Made by a program: the position numbers and the translations under genes. DNA of 63,402 bases, the filler included, from Coriobacteriales bacterium (GTDB taxonomy: Bacteria; Actinomycetota; Coriobacteriia; Coriobacteriales; UBA8131), in assembly GCA_031263105.1 (NCBI GenBank). It is 7 parts of 7 records of this genome, joined end to end, with 100 filler letters (N's around TTAATTAATTAA, not from the genome) between each part and the next. Parts side by side here need not be neighbours in the genome. Positions count along the whole stretch, not along the records: positions 54,823 to 59,367 come from JAISGJ010000221.1; positions 59,468 to 63,402 come from JAISGJ010000096.1; 5 more parts are not named here. One strand, written 5' to 3'. Below, in pieces: positions 58,122 through 63,402 of this stretch. The notes under the pieces were generated by a model. It was not told where the DNA came from. It did not search any database and worked only from the letters and a program-made list of their open reading frames with translations. Position 1 is the first letter of the stretch. Every line of letters starts with the position of its first letter.

Positions 58122-59230
58122 GGAAGCACCGATTAATTGACATTTCCGCCGCTTTTCACCGTCTTAGGCAGCCCGCATGGCGGGCTGCCCTGTTTTGGCT
58201 TCACATCACTTGCAACACACAACCCAGGCGGCTGCCCCGTACACCTCCTGCACTCCTGTTTCTGCCCCTTTGCCCTCCCAAACTGCTCAGGAGGACACGC
58301 TTCTCCTTGTCACGCGCTGCCAAAGAGCGCTGAGCCGCCTGTCCTTCTGTTGGACTGAGCCAGCAGGTAGATGCCTGCCGACATCACCGCCCAGACCAAG
58401 CGCTCGGTGTTTTTGGCAAGCCCCCTGCAGGGTGTCTTTCTCAGCCCGAACAGGTCCTTGACGACATGGAACACGTGCTCGACCTTGCACCTTGTCGATG
58501 ACTTGCGGTTCTCCGTCGCCTTGTCTCCGTCGTTTCTCACCTTGCTTTTCATCTCGTTTATCCGGTAGTCGATGGATCTTAGGTGCTCGTCGTCTTTGAC
58601 CTCGGCGCGATTCCTGATGCCGCGGTAGCCCGCGTCGCCATAGACCACCTCGTCGTCGTCTCGGATGAGCCTGTGTGCCTCGTCCAGGTCATGCACGTTG
58701 GCAGAAGTCGTGGTGAGCGTGTGCGGGAGCCCGGTTCCTGCGTCGACGCCGATATGCAGCTTCATGCCGTGGTGCCATGTCCTGCCCTTCCTGGCCCGGT
58801 GCATCTCGGGGTCGCGCTTTCCTGATCTGTTTTTCGTGCTGCAGGTGGACTCGATGAAGGTGGCGCCCGCTATGGTGCCGCCCTTATACATCACGCCGCC
58901 GTCCTGGAGCAGTCTGGTAAGCGAGGAGAACAGGAGCTCGCCTATCCTGTCGGCCTCCATCATATGGCGGAAGTTGGCCAGCGTGGTGGCGTCCGGCACC
59001 TGTTCGTTAGCTCCCAGCTTCAAAAACGCGTGCATGGCATACGAGTCCATGCAGGCCTCTTCGCAACCGACATCAGACAAGGTGAACCAGACCTGCATTT
59101 TTGGGGGTCTGTAAGACGAGTGTCCAGAGTTGTGAGTCGGCAGGGATACCAAGCATGGGCGATGCGACCCGCCGAGGCGGGCCGCATGACACGATTTAAG
59201 GGGTGGTGACTGGATTAAATCGGTGGTTCC
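58122..59230 (-). mobile_element. Defective IS5-family element flanked by CTAG duplications
   Basis: Ends GGAAGCACCGATTAA / TAAATCGGTGGTTCC; CTAG at 58118-58121 and 59231-59234. Confidence 0.8.
58310..59100 (-). pseudogene. IS5 transposase, N-terminally truncated, first catalytic Asp replaced
   Basis: VPDATTL..FR, TIAGAT (for TIVDAT), RDPEM, GMKLHIGVD, ANVHD, YGDAGY, R.KVEHVF. Confidence 0.85.
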
Positions 59231-59269
59231 CTAGGGAGACGCTGATTGATCATTGCACGCCGCCTTCCG

Positions 59270-59367
59270 GCTACTGTTCACACCCCCACTGCCAGGGAGG
59301 CGATGGTCAATCATTGCACGCCGCCTTCCGGCTACTGTTCACACCCCCACTGTCATCCTGAGCGAAG
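59270..59367. repeat. Duplicated family A left ends (contig end)
   Basis: GCTACTGTTCACACCCCCACTG twice, inside a ~61-bp direct duplication. Confidence 0.75.
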
Positions 59368-59698
59368 NNNNNNNNNNNNNNNNNNNNNNNNNNNNNNNNN
59401 NNNNNNNNNNNTTAATTAATTAANNNNNNNNNNNNNNNNNNNNNNNNNNNNNNNNNNNNNNNNNNNNGGCGCCGCGACGGACGACATGGCCGTATCTCGT
59501 TCCCATGGTGTTGCTCCCTACGCCCGCTTATGACCCTTTTTACTGCATTCACTGCACCCGCATGCTGGCCGCAAGGCGGCCCAGTCCTGTTCAGAATACC
59601 ACGTTATCCTGCCCCCCGCAACGGCAGATTGCCCGCCCTGCCCGCCCTGCCCTGCACGCCCGCCCTGCCCCGCCATTCACCCGGATAGGCGACCGATG

Positions 59699-59895
59699 AT
59701 TACCGTTCACACCCACTGTCATTCTGAGCGGAGCGCCCGCAAGGAAGGTCCTCACGCTGTGCTCAGGATAAACTCCGCGTGAGAATCCTCGGGCACGCAG
59801 TGCCCGACTGGCCCGGTTGGACGCTGGCGCGACCAAGGATTCCTCGGCTGCGGCGCGGCCTCCGGCAGCGCCTCCGCTCGGAATGACAGTGGGGC
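59699..59895. repeat. Family A variant element
   Basis: ATTACCGTTCACACCCACTGTCATTCTGAG...CTCGGAATGACAGTGGGG. Confidence 0.8.
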
Positions 59896-60038
59896 GCGGC
59901 GGACGGGGGCAGCGGGGCGCGGCGAGCGGGAGCGGCGGGGCGCGGACGGGGGCAGCGGGGTGCGGCGGACGGGAGCAGCGGGGCGCGGACGGGAGCCGTC
60001 CCCTTTTGTCCTGCCCCCCTCTGTGCTTACATCCCTTT

Positions 60039-61196
60039 CTACAACGTCGCCTTGATGCGGCGGACGGCCTCGAGGAGCTGGTCGTCGGGGGTGGTGAGCG
60101 AGATGCGGATGTAGCCCTCGCCGTCGGGGCCGTAGCCGCTGCCGGGGGTGACGATGACGTGGGCCTCGGTGAGGAGCTTCTCCGTGAACTCCGCCGACGT
60201 GAGGCCTGCGGGCACCTTCGCCCATATATAGATGGTCGCCTTGGGCGCCTCGCATGCGATGCCGATGGCCGCCAGGGCGTCCAGGACGAGGTCGCGGCGG
60301 CCCTCGTAGAGCGCGCACATATCCGCGACGCACTGCTGGTCGCCTGCGAGCGCCGCTATCGCCGCGTCCTGCACCGCCGTGAACTGGCCCGAGTCGAGGT
60401 TGTTCTTCACGGTGCCGAGCGCACGCACCGCCTGTGCGTTCCCACAGGCGAAGGCGATGCGCCAGCCGGTCATGTTGTAGGTCTTGGAGAGCGAGAACAT
60501 CTCCAGGCACACGTCCTTCGCGCCGGGGCGTTCGAGGATGGAGGGCGCGACGTAGCCGTCGAAGGCGATCTCGGAATAGGCGTTGTCGTGCACGAGGAGC
60601 AGGTCGTGCTCCCGGCAGAAGGCGATCGCCTCGTCGAAGTACTCCGGCGTGGCGACGGCCCCCGTGGGGTTGTTGGGGTAGCCGAGGAACAGGATGCGGG
60701 CCTTCTCCAACACCTCGCCCGGCACGCCCTGAAGCTCCGCGAGCCAGCCGTTCTCCGCGCTCATCCGCAGGAAGTGCGTGTGCGCGTACATGAGGGTCGC
60801 GCCGCCCGAGTACACGGGGTAGCCGATGCTCGGGGCGAGCACGTACTCGCCGGGGCCCACGAAGGCGGTGTGGACGTGGGCGATGCCCTCCTTGCTGCCG
60901 ATGAGGGCGAGCACCTCGGTCTTGGGGTCGAGCGCCACGCCGAAGCGGCGGCGCATCCAGTCGGCACAGGCCGCGCGGTAGGCGAGCGAGCCGGCGTAGT
61001 CCGGGTAGCGGTGGTTCGCGGGCCTGCGGATCGCCTCCGCCATGGCATCGACGATATGCGTCGGCGTGGGGAGGTCGGGGTCGCCTATGCCGAGCGAGAT
61101 GACCTCGATGCCCTGGGCTCGCAGGGCGTCGCGCTTCGCGTCTATCTGGGCGAACAGGTACGGGGGCAGATGGTCGAGGTTGTGTGCAGCTCTCAC
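60039..61196 (-). CDS. dapL: LL-diaminopimelate aminotransferase
   Basis: LPPYLFA, LGIGDPD, LIGSKEGI, YPNNPTG, DNAYSE, SLSKTYNMTGWRI; GTGA overlap with dapF. Confidence 0.9.
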   Translation of the reverse strand: MRAAHNLDHLPPYLFAQIDAKRDALRAQGIEVISLGIGDPDLPTPTHIVDAMAEAIRRPANHRYPDYAGSLAYRAACADWMRRRFGVALDPKTEVLALIGSKEGIAHVHTAFVGPGEYVLAPSIGYPVYSGGATLMYAHTHFLRMSAENGWLAELQGVPGEVLEKARILFLGYPNNPTGAVATPEYFDEAIAFCREHDLLLVHDNAYSEIAFDGYVAPSILERPGAKDVCLEMFSLSKTYNMTGWRIAFACGNAQAVRALGTVKNNLDSGQFTAVQDAAIAALAGDQQCVADMCALYEGRRDLVLDALAAIGIACEAPKATIYIWAKVPAGLTSAEFTEKLLTEAHVIVTPGSGYGPDGEGYIRISLTTPDDQLLEAVRRIKATL

Positions 61197-62362
61197 AGTC
61201 GTATGGTCCCTTCGTAAACGGTGGCCGCAGGGCCGGTCATAAGAACATGGTCGTCGTCGCGCCACCCCACCAGGAGGTCGCCGCCGCGCAGGTGCACGAG
61301 GGCCGTGGCCCTAGGGCCGGGACGACTGTCGCCCTCCGCGATGCGCCCGGTGAGCGTTGCGGCCACGACGGCGGCGCAGGTGCCGGTGCCGCAGGCAAGG
61401 GTCTCCCCCACGCCGCGCTCCCATACGCGGAGGTGCATCTCGGCCCTCTGGCCGTCGCCGCCGGGGGCCGTCACTTCGGCGAAGCCGATGTTCGCCTTCT
61501 CGGGGAAGGCCTCGTGGGTCTCCAGCAGGGGGCCTGCCGCAGCGAGGTCGAGGGCATCGAGGGCGGGGGCGCCTCCCGGCTGCGGCTGGTCGCTTTGCGA
61601 CCAAGGATTCCTCGGCTTCGCTTCGCTGCGCTCGGAATGACAGTGAGATGTGGACAGCAGGCGGAGCGGAGCGGAGGGATCCATTCCGGGCGCCCGAACC
61701 CAAGGATTCCTCGGCTTCGCTTCGCTGCGCTCGGAATGACAGTGAGATGTGGACAGCAGGCGGAGCGGAGCGGAGGGATCTTCAAGGGCGACGGTGTCGA
61801 GGGCGTCGACGAAGGTGACGGCGTGGGGGTTGCCCATGTTCACGCAGGTGAGGTCGAACTCGCCGAGCGGGGTCGCGAGGGGGGCCTCCACCACCGCGTC
61901 GGTCGCGAGGGCGCCCTCCCCCACCGTGGTGGTCGCCTGGAGGGCCGTGGGTATCCGGGCGGGCTCGAAGGCGGGCTCGCCCATGTCGACGGTCGCGCAG
62001 GCCAGCGTGCCGTCGGGGCCCGTCTCGAAGGCGACGGCTCGCGGGCCCGCGAGCGTGTCCAGCACGAGACGGCCCTCGTGCGCAGGGACGATGCCCTTGT
62101 CCACCAGGTACTTCGCAAGGCAGCGCACGCCGTTCCCGCACATCTCGGCCAGGGAGCCGTCGTCGTTGAGGTAGTGCATGTACGCGGCGCTGCCCGCGTT
62201 TCGCGGCGGACGGACGAGGATGAGGCCGTCGGCCCCTATGCCGAAGTGCCGGTCGCAGAGCAGGCGCACCTGCCCCTCGCTCAGGTCGAGCCCCTCGGAG
62301 CGGTCGTCGATGAGGACGAAGTCGTTGCCCGCCCCGTGCATCTTCGTGAAGTGCAGTTCCAT
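61193..62362 (-). CDS. dapF: Diaminopimelate epimerase with a repeat-derived in-frame insertion
   Basis: FTKMHGAGNDF, GIGADG, EMCGNG, MGNPH, WERGVGETLACGTG, GG.L, MTGPA. Confidence 0.95.
   Translation of the reverse strand: MELHFTKMHGAGNDFVLIDDRSEGLDLSEGQVRLLCDRHFGIGADGLILVRPPRNAGSAAYMHYLNDDGSLAEMCGNGVRCLAKYLVDKGIVPAHEGRLVLDTLAGPRAVAFETGPDGTLACATVDMGEPAFEPARIPTALQATTTVGEGALATDAVVEAPLATPLGEFDLTCVNMGNPHAVTFVDALDTVALEDPSAPLRLLSTSHCHSERSEAKPRNPWVRAPGMDPSAPLRLLSTSHCHSERSEAKPRNPWSQSDQPQPGGAPALDALDLAAAGPLLETHEAFPEKANIGFAEVTAPGGDGQRAEMHLRVWERGVGETLACGTGTCAAVVAATLTGRIAEGDSRPGPRATALVHLRGGDLLVGWRDDDHVLMTGPAATVYEGTIRL
61601..61780. repeat. Two 99-bp-period family A half elements inside dapF
   Basis: CCAAGGATTCCTCGGCTTCGCTTCGCTGCGCTCGGAATGACAGTGAG... 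at 61601 and 61700. Confidence 0.9.
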
Positions 62363-62404
62363 GAACCTCCTTCGGTTCTCGTGTACGGTACTCATTGTAG
62401 CAGC

Positions 62405-62652
62405 GTTGTCGCTCACACCCCCACTGTCATTCCGAGCCTGCCGAGGAATCCTCGACTGCGGAGCAGTCGACCGCAGGTCGAAGCGCCTTCCGGCCACAGT
62501 CGACCGCTTGCGCGGTCGAAGATCCCTCGGCAAGCTCGGGATGACAGTGGGGGCCGGGGCGGCAGCGGGGCCGGGGCGGCAGCGGGGCCGGGGCGGCAGC
62601 GAGGGCCGGGCGGCAGCGGGGGCCGGGCGGCAGCGGGGGTGTGAGCGGTAAC
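62405..62652. mobile_element. Complete family A MITE with perfect 8-bp TSD GTAGCAGC
   Basis: GTAGCAGC at 62397-62404 and 62653-62660; GC-shifted 18-bp array near the right end. Confidence 0.9.
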
Positions 62653-62677
62653 GTAGCAGCACAAGACGGGGCGCAGC

Positions 62678-63402
62678 CTATGACGGCACGAGCTTTGAGA
62701 GGGCGCGCTCTTGGAGGCGGCGGGCGAAGTCGGCGGGGCCGAGGGCGCCTTCGAGCACCAGGCGGTGCAGGTCGCTCACGTCCATCCACTCGATGCGCGC
62801 GTCGCGCCTGAACCAGGTGCGCTGCCGCTTCGCGTAGCGGCGGGTCGCCTGCTTCACCTGTGCTGCGGCCTCCTCCAACGAGCATCTGCCCTCCACCACC
62901 GGCACGAGCTCCTTGTAGCCGATCGCCTGTTGCGCCGTGGCCGCCTCGCGAAACCCCCTCTCCATGAGCCCGCGCACCTCGTCGAGCAGGCCGGCCGCCA
63001 CCATGGCATCGACCCGCCGCTCGATCGCCTGAGAGAGCAGCTTCGGCTCGACGGCCAGGCCGATGAGGCGCGTGGGGTACACCGAGCGAAACGTCGCGAA
63101 GCCCTCGTGCTGCGCCGCATAGCTCGTCCCCTGCTCAAGGAGCTCGAAGGCCCGGACCACCCTGCGCACGTTATGGGGGTGGATGAGCGCGGCGCTTTGC
63201 GGGTCGCGCGCGGCGAGCAGCGCGTGGAAGCCCTCGGCGCCGAGCTCTTCGGCCTCGGCCGTCAGGCGCTCGCGGAGCGTGCTCGGGGCCCGCGTGTGAC
63301 AGTGGGGACGGTACTGTTTTGTCTCAGCCCCCCCCAGGGCGGGCGGGGCCAAAACAGTAACCGCCCCACAGTCACAACCCGGCCGGGGCGGCACACCACC
63401 GG
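62678..63402 (-). CDS. miaA: tRNA dimethylallyltransferase, 5' part outside the window
   Basis: DP.SA..IHPHNVRRVVRAFE, IERRVDAM...GLLDEV, QAIGYKE, TRRYAKRQRTWF. Confidence 0.95.
   Translation of the reverse strand, partial: GGVPPRPGCDCGAVTVLAPPALGGAETKQYRPHCHTRAPSTLRERLTAEAEELGAEGFHALLAARDPQSAALIHPHNVRRVVRAFELLEQGTSYAAQHEGFATFRSVYPTRLIGLAVEPKLLSQAIERRVDAMVAAGLLDEVRGLMERGFREAATAQQAIGYKELVPVVEGRCSLEEAAAQVKQATRRYAKRQRTWFRRDARIEWMDVSDLHRLVLEGALGPADFARRLQERALSKLVPS

Noticed and set aside
1..63402. tRNA, rRNA, prophage or cas genes
   Set aside because: None recognised by eye. A covariance-model scan would be needed to exclude small RNAs.

Overview
High-GC bacterial DNA, probably Coriobacteriia/Eggerthellaceae-like (inferred from gene content, not verified). 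The window is seven contigs joined by six artificial 100-nt N+TTAATTAATTAA+N linkers, so adjacency across linkers is not biological. Core genes: nadE, rel, a recJ-helicase fusion, secDF, trxA-nikR-hypFCDE, a LysR gene with a Tat-exported DMSO-reductase-family operon, a FecCD/FecE-type ABC transporter, ruvCAB, ilvB/ilvN, purE, an FMN riboswitch-ribU unit and miaA-dapF-dapL. Accessory DNA: a 6.6-kb island with five type II toxin-antitoxin pairs, a Fic gene, and IS5, IS110 and ISAzo13 remnants. Three signals stand out. (1) An IS110/IS1111-type element whose downstream non-coding end contains segments matching its own insertion site, the CTAG junction of IS5-type ends; this is a candidate bridge RNA aimed at another transposon's termini. 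(2) A modular palindromic MITE/REPIN-like family at about 24 loci, with GTTAC...GTAAC ends and three perfect 8-bp target-site duplications, but no cognate mobiliser in the window. (3) In-frame insertions of palindromic repeats into the housekeeping enzymes DapF and probably MiaA.
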